A stretch of DNA of 64,000 bases from Spirochaetales bacterium (GCA_022360655.1 JAKSCK010000116.1:20162-84161); one strand, 5' to 3'; counted from the first letter of the stretch, positions 9,252-19,157 are shown. A program made the numbers and translations. The notes: generated by a model from the letters alone, not told the origin.

Positions 9252-10160
9252 ATGATCAATGGTGCAACTGGTGAACTCATTTCTTTGGTGGCAGTGGCGG
9301 GCTGGACCGTCAGTGCCTTGTCTTTTGAAGGAGCTGGAAGACGTGTGGGTTCCATCCCCGTCAACATCCTTCGCCTGGCCCTTGCGGCAATCATCATTGC
9401 TCTGGTGAATCTCCTACGAGGATTTACCCCTTGGCCCCCAGGAGTCACAAGCACTCAAGCTCTGTGGTTGATGGCATCCGGCTTTGTGGGATTCTTTTTG
9501 GGCGATCTTTTGCTCTTTCGCTCCTTTCTGAGCATTGGAGCACGCTTAGCCATGCTCGTGATGAGCCTCTCCCCTCCCATTTCGGCTCTCCTTGATGGCC
9601 TCGTTTTTGGTCAAGGGCTGAATGCCGGCGATGGATTAGGAATGAGTCTTGCTGTGCTAGGAGTTGCCTTGGCAGCAACAGCTCGAACCCAAAATGCTGC
9701 AGGACCACCAACAGCAACAAAATCTCGCCGATGGTTGGGTTTTTTGCTGGCCTTTGGTGGTGCCCTAGGACAAAGTGGCGGAATGATTTTAGGGAAATTG
9801 GGTATGGGCACTCATGACCCATTGGCAGCCACATTTCTCCGAACTCTGGGAGGAATGGCGGGATTTATTCCGTTGGTGCTTCTCACCGGAGCCACAGGTC
9901 GGGTCATCAAGGCCCTTGGCGATGGAAAAGCCATGAGCAGACTCAGCCTTGGAACCATTGCTGGTCCAGTCATTGGGGTGAGTGCCGTTCTTCTGGCTCT
10001 ACGCTACAGCCCCGCTGGTGTGGTGTCTTCCATCACGGCTGTGGTTCCTGTGGTGATTATTCTACCGTCTATGGTGTTCATGAAGGATAAACCACAACCT
10101 CGGGAAATATTAGGAGCCATTGTGGCTGTTTCAGGAGTGGCGGTGCTGTTCCTCACATAA
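9252..10160 (+). CDS. DMT superfamily (EamA-like) transporter
   Basis: 302 aa, about 10 hydrophobic segments, two-repeat EamA-like organisation. Confidence 0.8.
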   Translation: MINGATGELISLVAVAGWTVSALSFEGAGRRVGSIPVNILRLALAAIIIALVNLLRGFTPWPPGVTSTQALWLMASGFVGFFLGDLLLFRSFLSIGARLAMLVMSLSPPISALLDGLVFGQGLNAGDGLGMSLAVLGVALAATARTQNAAGPPTATKSRRWLGFLLAFGGALGQSGGMILGKLGMGTHDPLAATFLRTLGGMAGFIPLVLLTGATGRVIKALGDGKAMSRLSLGTIAGPVIGVSAVLLALRYSPAGVVSSITAVVPVVIILPSMVFMKDKPQPREILGAIVAVSGVAVLFLT

Positions 10161-10166
10161 CAAAAC

Positions 10167-10183
10167 GGGGCGCGCAGCGCCCC
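10167..10183. terminator. GC-rich hairpin between convergent genes
   Basis: ggggcgc-gca-gcgcccc, a perfect 7-bp stem 7 nt after the EamA stop, followed by tggaatttt. Confidence 0.6.
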
Positions 10184-10235
10184 TGGAATTTTAAAACAGG
10201 TCAGGAAACAAACCCTGAGGAACGAGGGGTCGGTA

Positions 10236-10826
10236 TTACAATTCTTTTGATAAACGCATTGTGGCAAAATCTTGAGGCCGATGAAAATCAGGATTGGCCG
10301 AACTTAAGGGCACCCAAGACAGATAATGAGGCTGGGGAAGAGCATCACCACATTTATAAATGTTGGCCCGTAATTCTGAGACCTCCCAGTGTTCTAAACC
10401 AACAGCCTGAGGGGGAATTCCCATTCGTAACCACCAAGAACCATCCTCAGGGCATTCCTCCCGTCCAACATGGCTTCCCTCAATCTGTATAAGGCGGCCT
10501 TGTTCTTCACTCAAATCGTGACGATGTTCCCTCCCCTCACCTGAGGCAAAGAGCAGGCAACCTAAGGGGTTGGCCTCCAGGTTGTAATAGGTGTTTTCTC
10601 CTGACAAGGAAAAGAAAAACTCCACACAACTGTCCTGGTGCACCTGCCATGGATTGGTTTCCTGGGCACGGAGAACAGGTTCATCCACTTCAAAGGTGAG
10701 GGTAAAAAGGGTTGGGGACCAGTTCATTGAAACCGTGGCTTGTGCAGGGCTAGGAAAGGCCTTTCCCCACTGTTCTTTCAGGGAAATTGAGGCACTCTTT
10801 GTGCCTGTCGGGATGGAAATTTCCAT
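10236..10826 (-). CDS. CBM9-like (carbohydrate-binding family 9-like) protein, no signal peptide
   Basis: 196 aa. DSCVEFFFS and YYNLEANPLG segments resemble the CBM9_2/DOMON-like fold family. No N-terminal hydrophobic leader. The ATG overlaps the upstream stop (TAATG). Confidence 0.55.
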   Translation of the reverse strand: MEISIPTGTKSASISLKEQWGKAFPSPAQATVSMNWSPTLFTLTFEVDEPVLRAQETNPWQVHQDSCVEFFFSLSGENTYYNLEANPLGCLLFASGEGREHRHDLSEEQGRLIQIEGSHVGREECPEDGSWWLRMGIPPQAVGLEHWEVSELRANIYKCGDALPQPHYLSWVPLSSANPDFHRPQDFATMRLSKEL

Positions 10827-11209
10827 TATGCACTCCTCCCAGAAGCTTTGTGGCTCATCTTGTATTGGGAGGGGCTGGCTCCCATGTATTTTCGAAACAA
10901 TCGACTGAAGTAATAGGGATCATCCATACCCACAAAGGCAGCGGCATCTCCCACCTGAAGCTGAGGTTTTTCTTCCAGTAATGTGGCTGCACGATGCATT
11001 TTGGCCTGAAGATAATGCCGTTTGAAAGGGGAGCCGGTTTCCCGAACCAGTTTATCTCGTACGGATTCTGGGGCATAACCAAAACGTCCAGCCACTTCTG
11101 CTAAGCTCAGGGGACGGCGGCAGTTTCGCTGGATCCACTCCACCATTTCTTGTGAACTCGGAGTTTTGAAACAGGGCGTTTTCCCTCCCCCCCCTTGAAG
11201 ACTTCTCAC
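10826..11209 (-). CDS. AraC-type helix-turn-helix protein, DNA-binding domain only
   Basis: 127 aa with the double-HTH AraC C-terminal domain only (PLSLAEVAGRFGYAPESVRDKL... VGMDDPYYFSRLFRKYMGASPSQY). GTG start overlaps the kinase stop (GTGA). Alternative ATG at 11146. Confidence 0.7.
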   Translation of the reverse strand: MRSLQGGGGKTPCFKTPSSQEMVEWIQRNCRRPLSLAEVAGRFGYAPESVRDKLVRETGSPFKRHYLQAKMHRAATLLEEKPQLQVGDAAAFVGMDDPYYFSRLFRKYMGASPSQYKMSHKASGRSA

Positions 11210-12312
11210 ACTCGCACCTCAGCAAGTCGTTGAACCGTGTCTTTCATGGCCGTCATTTGCTGCTCGATGGACTGGCATAAGGCCACCTGAGTGCGGCAAC
11301 GAACAAGATTGTGTTCTGGATAGGCCACTTTAAAATACTTGTTGCCTTCCAGATAATCCGTGAGAAAGCGAATCCCCACTTCCATGGTCATGAGTAAACC
11401 TCCTTCTGGCAGATGAAGGATTTCCTGCTCATTCATGAAGGCTCTCCCATTCTCTAAAAAGCCATCAGCTAAGGCCTTGAACATGGAGAAGTCCATGTTC
11501 ACCTCTTGGGGGTGGGGATGGTCTTCTGGAACAGGGCTGGTGGATGTTCGCACCAAGTCCCCAAAATCATAGAGTGATAAACCAGGCATGGATGTGTCCA
11601 AGTCAATCACACACAGTCCCTGATCCGTGGCATCATCAATCAGGATATTGTTGAGTTTGGTGTCATTGTGCACCACTCGTACTGGAAGCTCTCCCGCATC
11701 CCGTAGGCCCGTCAGGAGACGCACGGTTTGTTCATGGGAGCGGAAGTAATCCAATTCGGCGGCCACATCAGCTAATCGGCTAGCCGGTGCAGCTTGGGCC
11801 GCTTCCACTAGACGGGCATACCGGAGAGGTGTTTCATGGAAATTTTGAATGGTTTCCTTCAAAGGCCTTCCAGGAAGATCGGCCAGAAGGCGCTGATATT
11901 CGGCAAAACAACGGCCCGCTTCCCGGGCCTGCTGAGGATTTTGCACCACTTCATGGCCAGAAGCCCCTTCAATGAAGAGGTAGCAACGCCAGATTCCCCC
12001 TTCATCATCCTTCACCCAAGATTTTCCCTGTTTTGTTGGGACAAGGCTCAAAACACGACGGGATAAATCCGCCATACCTTCTGCTTTGGCTCGCTGTTGA
12101 AGGTGATGGCAGATGCGTTCCACATTTTCCATCAACTCTTGCGGCTGAGGAAACACATTCTCATTAATGCGTTGAAGCAAATAGGCCATGGGTCTACCGG
12201 CTTGATGACACACGACTCGATAGGTTTGATTGATATGACCATTTCCATAGGGAAGAGCTTCTTGGAAATCCCCATAGATGGCAAAGGAATCAATAAGTTC
12301 TTTAAAATCCAT
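11206..12312 (-). CDS. nahK: N-acetylhexosamine 1-kinase-like phosphotransferase (NahK/APH family)
   Basis: Start set to the ATG at 12312 (MDFKELIDSF), preceded by AAGGAG. Strong motif agreement with Bifidobacterium NahK as I remember it: YGNGHINQTY, VVHNDTKLNNILID, IDLDTSMPG, RFLTDYLEG, YPEHNLVRCRTQ. Confidence 0.8.
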   Translation of the reverse strand: MDFKELIDSFAIYGDFQEALPYGNGHINQTYRVVCHQAGRPMAYLLQRINENVFPQPQELMENVERICHHLQQRAKAEGMADLSRRVLSLVPTKQGKSWVKDDEGGIWRCYLFIEGASGHEVVQNPQQAREAGRCFAEYQRLLADLPGRPLKETIQNFHETPLRYARLVEAAQAAPASRLADVAAELDYFRSHEQTVRLLTGLRDAGELPVRVVHNDTKLNNILIDDATDQGLCVIDLDTSMPGLSLYDFGDLVRTSTSPVPEDHPHPQEVNMDFSMFKALADGFLENGRAFMNEQEILHLPEGGLLMTMEVGIRFLTDYLEGNKYFKVAYPEHNLVRCRTQVALCQSIEQQMTAMKDTVQRLAEVRV

Positions 12313-12461
12313 TTTTTCTCCTTTGAGCCTCATGCAAAACAGGCCTCTTGAAAAACTCAACATCAGGCAGAAAAACAAATCCTTACAAAAAAAGAAAATA
12401 TTATTTCCTGCTGCCAAATTGATTCCCATTATCCGGGTTCTTTCTGGCGTAAAAATCTCTA

Positions 12462-12496
12462 TTTTTGATGATCTTTAGAGGAGAAATCATCAAAAA
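12462..12496. repeat. 11-bp perfect inverted repeat in the divergent promoter region
   Basis: tttttgatgat (12462-12472) / atcatcaaaaa (12486-12496) with a 13-nt spacer. Lies between the NahK operon start and the AraC regulator start. Confidence 0.6.
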
Positions 12497-12634
12497 ATTG
12501 CCCCGTTTTTTTGTATCAGGAGTCTTTTCCCATGGAAAAGTGAACTCACAAAATTCCGGGTTAAGAAGAGATTATCGGAGGAATGACCAAAAAAGTCGTT
12601 GATTTGTCGACAATTTGTGTCTAATAATCCATAT

Positions 12635-13621
12635 ATGTCGGAGAAACTCCTCACCACTCTTTCCGCTCCTTCCAACAGCATGGAAGAAAAAAACAGCCTG
12701 AGAGTTGATGGATACAGATCCACCGAATTGCAGGATGTTCTTCAAATACGCCGTCTTTTTACAATTCACTATTTTGAGTACACCAAAGATTTCTCCTTTC
12801 CTGGAGAAGCCCATGATTTCTGGGAACTGTGTTATGTGGACAACGGAGTGGTTGAAGTTCAGGCAGGTGAAAGAGAATGCCTTTTATTCAAAGGGGATGC
12901 CATCATTCATCCCCCCAGAGAATTCCACTCCATCCAGGCTGATGGACGAACAGCTCCCAACCTTGTGGTGCTGTCCTTTGCCTGCGATAGCCCGCTGATG
13001 AATCGTTTTGCCGATCGGGTTCTGCACATTGATGCTCGGCACCGGGAATGTTTGGGCCGCATTCTTTGGGAAGCCCGGGGGGTCTTTCATGAACCCTTTG
13101 ATGATCCCCTCACCGATGGACTAGACCGATTGGACTCTCCCTCTTTTGCTGGAGAGCAGATGATTCGACTTCAATTGGAACTGCTGCTATTAGAAATTCT
13201 GCGGGAAGAAGAGGCTCCCAACACCCAGGAACCTCATCCCACCAGTTCAAAAGGTGGAGCAGAACGCACCTTCAATGCGGCTGTGCACCTTCTCTTAGAG
13301 AATATGGACCGTACTCTTTCCGTGGATGAAATTTGTTCCACTGTTGGTTGCTGCCGTTCCCGACTCCATGATGTGTTCAAGGCCAAAACTGGTCGCGGGC
13401 CCGGAGAATATGCCAAGCGGCTTAAACTGGAACGAGCCAAGCAGATGATCCGGGAAGGCAACCGAAATTTTAGTGAAATTGCCACAGCTCTTGATTACTC
13501 CTCCATCCAACATTTTTCCAAGGTGTTCAAACGCTATGAAGGCATGACCCCCAGTGCCTATTCCTCATCCGTGAAGCTCCGATCCCAGGCTCCTCCAGAG
13601 TCCTTCTACAACCTCAAATAG
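12635..13621 (+). CDS. AraC family transcriptional regulator (cupin sensor plus AraC HTH)
   Basis: Cupin-like N-domain (GDAIIHPPREFHSIQ) and C-terminal AraC HTH (LSVDEICSTVGCCRSRLHDVFK..., YSSIQHFSKVFKRYEGMTPSAY). Start uncertain: TTG 12599, ATG 12635 or ATG 12680, none with a clear SD. Confidence 0.8.
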   Translation: MSEKLLTTLSAPSNSMEEKNSLRVDGYRSTELQDVLQIRRLFTIHYFEYTKDFSFPGEAHDFWELCYVDNGVVEVQAGERECLLFKGDAIIHPPREFHSIQADGRTAPNLVVLSFACDSPLMNRFADRVLHIDARHRECLGRILWEARGVFHEPFDDPLTDGLDRLDSPSFAGEQMIRLQLELLLLEILREEEAPNTQEPHPTSSKGGAERTFNAAVHLLLENMDRTLSVDEICSTVGCCRSRLHDVFKAKTGRGPGEYAKRLKLERAKQMIREGNRNFSEIATALDYSSIQHFSKVFKRYEGMTPSAYSSSVKLRSQAPPESFYNLK

Positions 13622-13681
13622 GCTCCGCACCTCCTTTGTTCCAACAAAGAACTGGAGTCTCCTCATCCCATCGCGTACTCT

Positions 13682-16600
13682 ATGCCCATGACCACTCCCC
13701 TGAGCCCCATCACCCAGCATTGGTTCACCACCCACGTTGGCTCTCCCACTCCCATTCAGACTCAAACCTGGCCCAAAGTGGCCTCTGGCCACCATGTTCT
13801 TGCCGTTGCCCCCACTGGAAGTGGAAAAACCTTAGCGGCGTTCATGGTGGCCTTGGATCAGCTGTTCAATTCATCCAAAGATTTCGGGCAAGCCGACCCC
13901 TCAGGGCCGCAGATTCTCTATATTTCTCCACTCAAAGCATTAGGAACCGATGTGAAAGAGAACCTTGCGGCGCCCCTTCGGGGTTTAAAGGAGGCCTATG
14001 CCCAAAACGGAATCCATCGGGATATCCGAATTGGAGTTCGTAATGGGGATACCAGCCCTTCGGAACGGCGGCGTCAGTTCACCAAACCTCCCCATATTCT
14101 GGTCACCACCCCTGAGAGCCTTGGCATTCTTTTGCTTTCAGAAAACGGACGCCGCCTTCTCTCCAAAGTCCGCACCTGCATCCTGGATGAAATCCATGCC
14201 ATTGCCCCCACCCGCCGTGGAACCCTCCTCTCCGTAGCCCTGGAACGACTCACCACCTTGGCCGGTGAGTTCCAACGCCTTGGTCTTACCGCAACAGTCA
14301 ATCCCTTAGAAAAGGCCGCATCCTATCTAGGAGGGTTTTTTCCCGCAGAACAGGACTTTGCCCCCCGTCCCGTTCACATCATTCGCCCCCAAGAGGCCAA
14401 AAAGATTCAAATCATTGTGGAAGACATCGGTCAGCCACCAGCTCCTAACCAGGAAGCTGATCAAAGCTGGCGGGACCTGGCTCAACGGCTCAAAAAGCAA
14501 GCTCAGGGAAAGCGGGCCACCCTGGCCTTCATAGACAGTCGGAAATGGGCCGAAAAATTGGCACGCTTTATGAATGAAGGAGAAGAAGAGCCCTTTGCCT
14601 GGGCCCACCATGGTTCTCTCTCCAAAGACATGCGTCGCTTGGTGGAAGGACGCCTAAAAAAAGGGGAAATTAAAACGGTGGTGGCCACTGGGTCATTAGA
14701 GCTTGGAATTGATGTAGGCCCCCTGGATGAAGCAGCCCTCATTGGCACGCCCTCTTCCCCCTCCACCCTTCTTCAGCGCGCCGGCCGTGCCGGACACCAA
14801 CCCGGTGAAACCAGTGTGGCACGCATCTTTCCCATCACCCCCTCCGATCTTCTTGCGGCCACAGCTCTCGCAAAAATGGCCCAAGAAGGAGAGATTGAGG
14901 AACTTCTCATTCCAGAGAACCCCTTAGACATGGCCGCACAAAGTCTTCTGGCCCTCTGTGTGGAACACCCCCGTTCCCCTCAAGAATTGTATGAGCTCCT
15001 TCGCCAATCTTGGAGTTTTCACCGTCTGCCGCAACAGGATTTTGACAATGTTTTGGCCATGCTTCAGGGGCGCTATGCCGGCACACGCCTCAATGCTCTT
15101 CGCCCTCAACTCTATAAAGATGAGCAAAAACTTGTGGCTCGCCCCGGAACCCGTCTTCGGCTCTATGCTGGTGGAGGAGCCATTCCAGATTTAGGAATGT
15201 ATAACGTCCGGGAACAAGGCTCCGATACAGTCATTGGGGTTCTGGATGAAAAGTTTGTCTGGGAATCCCAGATTGGTGCCGTCTTTGCTTTAGGAAATCG
15301 GCGATGGAGAATGGCCAACATTGATGAGAAGCAGGTCACCGTGGTTCCCACCAATTCCCCTGAAACCACCGAGGCCTTCTGGCGAGCAGAAGGGGCATCT
15401 CGAAGTCCTCAGGCTGCTCAATGCATAGGATTGTTCCTAGAGCAGGCCAGCCAATGTCTCTCTCAGAACCCAGAACACCTTCCCCAGCTGCTCATGCAGG
15501 ACTGGAACCTGAATGCAGAAGCGGCTGCCCATCTTTCGGATTACCTTCAGTCCCAAGAACGACGTAGTGGAACGGCTCTCCCTCATCACCATCGAATTGT
15601 GGCAGAAGTGGCCACCGATCCCCGAATAGGACATGATCCAGAGTCGCGGAGCCTCTTTTTACACCTTCCATTTGGTGCCCGAGTCAACCGTCCCCTTGCT
15701 CTGGCTCTTCAAGCCTCATGGCAATCCAAAGGTGCTTCTTGTTCCGTCCCTTCCATCACAGATGATGCCGTGGTTTTCACCGTGGCTCAGCGGGATGCCC
15801 AAGATTTCATTCATCAACTCTACACCCTCACCAATCCTGAAAAATTGCTCCGGCAATCCTTGGAATCCACGCCCTTTTTTGGGGGGCGATTCCGAGAAGT
15901 GGCTGGCCGAGCTCAGCTTCTCCCAGCATCCACTCCACGGAAGCGCCAACCCTTATGGATGACTCGACAGCGTGCCCGTGCCCTCATGGAGGCCACCGCT
16001 CCCTACCCGGACTTTCCCCTTTTTGCTGAAGTGTGGCGGAGCTGTCTTCAGGATGACTTTGCCATGGAGCATCTGGGAATGCTTTTGGCTGGTATCCAAG
16101 AAGGCCAAATTGATGTGGTGGTGACTCATACACCGGCTCCCAGCCCTTTTTCCAACTCCGTTGTTCGCCGCCGCCTGGGCGAACGCATGACCAGCAACAT
16201 GCAAGACCAAGGAGAGGTTCGATTTTCCAGTGCCCTGGACTCTCAAGAAATCCAACGCTTGGTGGGAGCCTCCGCACTCCGTCCACGGATTCCCTCCACC
16301 CTTTCCACCCGACTTCATCAGCGTCGTCAACGCCTAGAAACCGGGTACGCCCCAAAAAGTCCAGAAGCCCTAGCGGCCTGGGTGGCAGAACGCGAGGCCT
16401 TTTCTCACACGGAATGGACCGCTCTCTTTGATGCCACCCTCAAAGAATCAGGATGCACTCGGAAAAAAATGGACGCCTCCCACCTTCTTAAAGCAATAAG
16501 CTTGGGTCCAAACAAGGCCCCTTGGTACATCATCCCAGAGGCCCAAGAGGAATGGCAGAGCGCATTTCAAACCAATGAAAATCAACAGCTGCTCCATCCC

Positions 16601-18055
16601 ACAGAAGCCGCAAACCTCCTAGCATTCTGGATTCGGGGAAGGGGTCCCCAACCTCTATCAACCATTCTCCGTACCTTTGGACTTCCCGAATCTCAGGCTC
16701 TTCCCCTCCAAGAGGCATTAGAGAGCCTTCCAGGAGAATCCATCATTGTGGATGCCCTGAGTGAAGATTCTCAAGAACATGAGGTGCTTGATGCAGAAGG
16801 ATTGGAGATTCTTCTCCGCTGGAGGCGCCGCAGCAATCGCAACACAGATGCTCCCCTTCCCTCACACCGCCTGGCCCCCTTCTTGGCTCACAGGCAAAAC
16901 TTGGATTGTCCCCAAGGAGGCTGGGAAGGATTGGGACAGGCCCTCAGCATCTTAGAAGGGTTGCCCCATAATGCTCAGAGCTGGGAAACCAGCCTCCTGC
17001 CCAGCCGGGTGCAAGGCTATCAGCCAAGAGATTTGGATGGCATGGTAAAAGAGGAGCGATTGACCTGGATTGGCGCCCCAGGAAAAACGGTGCTCTTTCT
17101 CACCGATGAGGGGGGATGGCGCTTCCCCTCTCCTCCTCCCATTCCCAACACCACAGGGGTGTTTCCCAGTCCCTCGGATGGTGAACTCAGCTTCTGGGAG
17201 ATGGCTGAACGCCTTCAAACCGACAGTGCCCAAACCAGCCAAGCCCTATGGGAACAGGTTTGGACCGGGCATCTAACCTGTGGAGACATGGATGTTCTCC
17301 GAAAAGCGGCCGCGGCTGGATTCCGTACCCCCAAAATTACCAAAGGTCAGCCACCCCGGGGTGGTTTGAGGGGATGGCGGGCAGGCCGCCCCATATCCTC
17401 CGCCTGGTATGCCCCCTCCTTTGCCCAAGAACCAGAGGATGCCTTGGAACAAGATCAGCTGAGCCGCGAACGCATCCGCTTGCTTCTCCGACGCTGGGGA
17501 GTGCTCACCCGTCCTCTCTTAGAACGAGAAATTCCCCCATGGCACTGGAACCAGCTGGAACGCACCCTTCACCTGATGGAACTCTCCGATGAACTCTTGG
17601 GGGGGCGGTGGTTTGAAGATTTGCCCATGCCCCAATTCCTTTCACCAGATGCTCTCCCGTTGTGGAGAAGCGGTGCCATTCCTGGAGGATCCTGGGTGAT
17701 GGAAGCCACAGATCCCGCCTCTCCCTGCGGAATCCCTGGGATCAAAGCACCCACAGCCCGCCGGGAGGGCCATTGGCTGGCCTGGGATGGAGATGGCTGC
17801 TGGTGCTGCACCGTCAAGGTGGGCTCCAAAGCCTTGGAAACCCCAGAACCCATTCCCAAAAATCTTGGGCCCGCTCTGCGTCATCTTGTCACGCGTCTCA
17901 CCGAACGCTCTGTGGCCCCCCTGCCCCGAGTCAGCATTCAGAAATGGAATGGACAGTCCACCGATGGGGTGGCCAAGCATCTGGAAGAAGCGGGATTTCA
18001 TCCCACTGGCAATGACCGCTGGGTGGCTCATCCCCGACCCATAGGACTGCGCTAA
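13682..18055 (+). CDS. lhr: Lhr-type large ATP-dependent helicase (DEAD/DEAH box superfamily 2)
   Basis: 1457 aa. Motif I APTGSGKT, motif II DEIH, motif III TAT, motif VI QRAGRAGH, and the long C-terminal extension typical of Lhr. Confidence 0.9.
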   Translation: MPMTTPLSPITQHWFTTHVGSPTPIQTQTWPKVASGHHVLAVAPTGSGKTLAAFMVALDQLFNSSKDFGQADPSGPQILYISPLKALGTDVKENLAAPLRGLKEAYAQNGIHRDIRIGVRNGDTSPSERRRQFTKPPHILVTTPESLGILLLSENGRRLLSKVRTCILDEIHAIAPTRRGTLLSVALERLTTLAGEFQRLGLTATVNPLEKAASYLGGFFPAEQDFAPRPVHIIRPQEAKKIQIIVEDIGQPPAPNQEADQSWRDLAQRLKKQAQGKRATLAFIDSRKWAEKLARFMNEGEEEPFAWAHHGSLSKDMRRLVEGRLKKGEIKTVVATGSLELGIDVGPLDEAALIGTPSSPSTLLQRAGRAGHQPGETSVARIFPITPSDLLAATALAKMAQEGEIEELLIPENPLDMAAQSLLALCVEHPRSPQELYELLRQSWSFHRLPQQDFDNVLAMLQGRYAGTRLNALRPQLYKDEQKLVARPGTRLRLYAGGGAIPDLGMYNVREQGSDTVIGVLDEKFVWESQIGAVFALGNRRWRMANIDEKQVTVVPTNSPETTEAFWRAEGASRSPQAAQCIGLFLEQASQCLSQNPEHLPQLLMQDWNLNAEAAAHLSDYLQSQERRSGTALPHHHRIVAEVATDPRIGHDPESRSLFLHLPFGARVNRPLALALQASWQSKGASCSVPSITDDAVVFTVAQRDAQDFIHQLYTLTNPEKLLRQSLESTPFFGGRFREVAGRAQLLPASTPRKRQPLWMTRQRARALMEATAPYPDFPLFAEVWRSCLQDDFAMEHLGMLLAGIQEGQIDVVVTHTPAPSPFSNSVVRRRLGERMTSNMQDQGEVRFSSALDSQEIQRLVGASALRPRIPSTLSTRLHQRRQRLETGYAPKSPEALAAWVAEREAFSHTEWTALFDATLKESGCTRKKMDASHLLKAISLGPNKAPWYIIPEAQEEWQSAFQTNENQQLLHPTEAANLLAFWIRGRGPQPLSTILRTFGLPESQALPLQEALESLPGESIIVDALSEDSQEHEVLDAEGLEILLRWRRRSNRNTDAPLPSHRLAPFLAHRQNLDCPQGGWEGLGQALSILEGLPHNAQSWETSLLPSRVQGYQPRDLDGMVKEERLTWIGAPGKTVLFLTDEGGWRFPSPPPIPNTTGVFPSPSDGELSFWEMAERLQTDSAQTSQALWEQVWTGHLTCGDMDVLRKAAAAGFRTPKITKGQPPRGGLRGWRAGRPISSAWYAPSFAQEPEDALEQDQLSRERIRLLLRRWGVLTRPLLEREIPPWHWNQLERTLHLMELSDELLGGRWFEDLPMPQFLSPDALPLWRSGAIPGGSWVMEATDPASPCGIPGIKAPTARREGHWLAWDGDGCWCCTVKVGSKALETPEPIPKNLGPALRHLVTRLTERSVAPLPRVSIQKWNGQSTDGVAKHLEEAGFHPTGNDRWVAHPRPIGLR

Positions 18056-18122
18056 GATCCAACACCCCGAAGGGGTCAATATCCCCCCTCCCCTTTCCCC
18101 TCCAAGGGTGTACACTTGGGCC

Positions 18123-19157
18123 ATGATGGATTTGCGTTCAGATACCGTGACCCGCCCCTGTTCCAAAATGCGAGAGGCCATGGCCCAGGCGGAAGTCGGA
18201 GATGATGTTCTCCGGGAAGACCCCACAATTCAGAAGCTTGAAGAGCAAGCTGCCATGCTCACAGGAAAGAAAGCCGCCCTCTTTTGCCCCTCCGGCACCT
18301 TTGCCAATCAACTGGCCCTCTTCACCTGGACCAAAACCGGAGAAGAGGTGTACCTCAACGAAAATGCTCACATCATTCAGCATGAAGCCGGAGCCTCTGC
18401 CCACATCTCTGGGGCCTTTCTCCGCCCCATCCCTCCCCAAAATCATCCATGGATTGAATGGGAGGACATCCAGAGCCGCATTCGCCCAGTCAGGGATCAG
18501 CACTTTCCCATCCCCGCGCTGGTCTGTCTGGAAAATGCCCTTTCCGATGGCACCGTCCAACCTATTGATTCCATGAAGCGCATCTATGAAGGAGCCCGAA
18601 ACCAGGGATTGCACATTCACACCGACGGTGCCCGGCTCTTCAATGCCGCCTTGGCCTTACAGGTGTCCCCCAAGGAGATTGCCGCCTGCACCGATTCCCT
18701 CATGTTCTGCCTTTCCAAAGGTTTAGGAGCCCCAGTGGGCAGCCTTCTTTGCGGCTCACAAAACTTCATTGATGAAGCCTTTTACAAACGGAAAATCATG
18801 GGAGGAGCCATGCGCCAAGCGGGAATCCTGGCCGCCGCCGGGCTTGTGGCCTTAGAAGACGGAGTTCAAGGCCTCCAAAAAGACCACCAAAAAGCCCAAG
18901 AATTGGCTCAGGCCTTTTCCGCCATTCCTGGAATACAGGTTCTCACACCTCAGCCCCAAATCAATATGGTGTTTCTCAAACTTCCCAAGCCCTCCCAGGG
19001 TGAGCTGTTCTTACGCACCCTCAAAGATGCTGGGATTCTCACCTATCCACCGGAAAATGATGTGTTTCGTTTTGTCCTCCACCGCGATGTGGAGGAGGCA
19101 CCCTTCCATCAATTTCTCACCCAACTCCCCGCCCTGATGGGCAAGGTCCTTCGATGA
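18123..19157 (+). CDS. ltaE: Low-specificity L-threonine aldolase
   Basis: MDLRSDTVTRP N-terminus, GDDVLREDPT, PSGTFANQLAL and CLSKGLGAPVG (PLP-lysine region) are typical of the threonine aldolase / beta-eliminating lyase family. Confidence 0.88.
   Translation: MMDLRSDTVTRPCSKMREAMAQAEVGDDVLREDPTIQKLEEQAAMLTGKKAALFCPSGTFANQLALFTWTKTGEEVYLNENAHIIQHEAGASAHISGAFLRPIPPQNHPWIEWEDIQSRIRPVRDQHFPIPALVCLENALSDGTVQPIDSMKRIYEGARNQGLHIHTDGARLFNAALALQVSPKEIAACTDSLMFCLSKGLGAPVGSLLCGSQNFIDEAFYKRKIMGGAMRQAGILAAAGLVALEDGVQGLQKDHQKAQELAQAFSAIPGIQVLTPQPQINMVFLKLPKPSQGELFLRTLKDAGILTYPPENDVFRFVLHRDVEEAPFHQFLTQLPALMGKVLR

Noticed and set aside
12583-12624. 13-codon ORF (MTKKVVDLSTICV) after GGAGG upstream of the AraC gene.
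   Set aside because: The SD-to-ATG spacing is only 1 nt and there is nothing else to support it.
17642-18226. 194-aa minus-strand ORF across the Lhr 3' end and the ltaE start.
   Set aside because: Antisense to two well-supported genes; Gly/Ser/Pro-rich.
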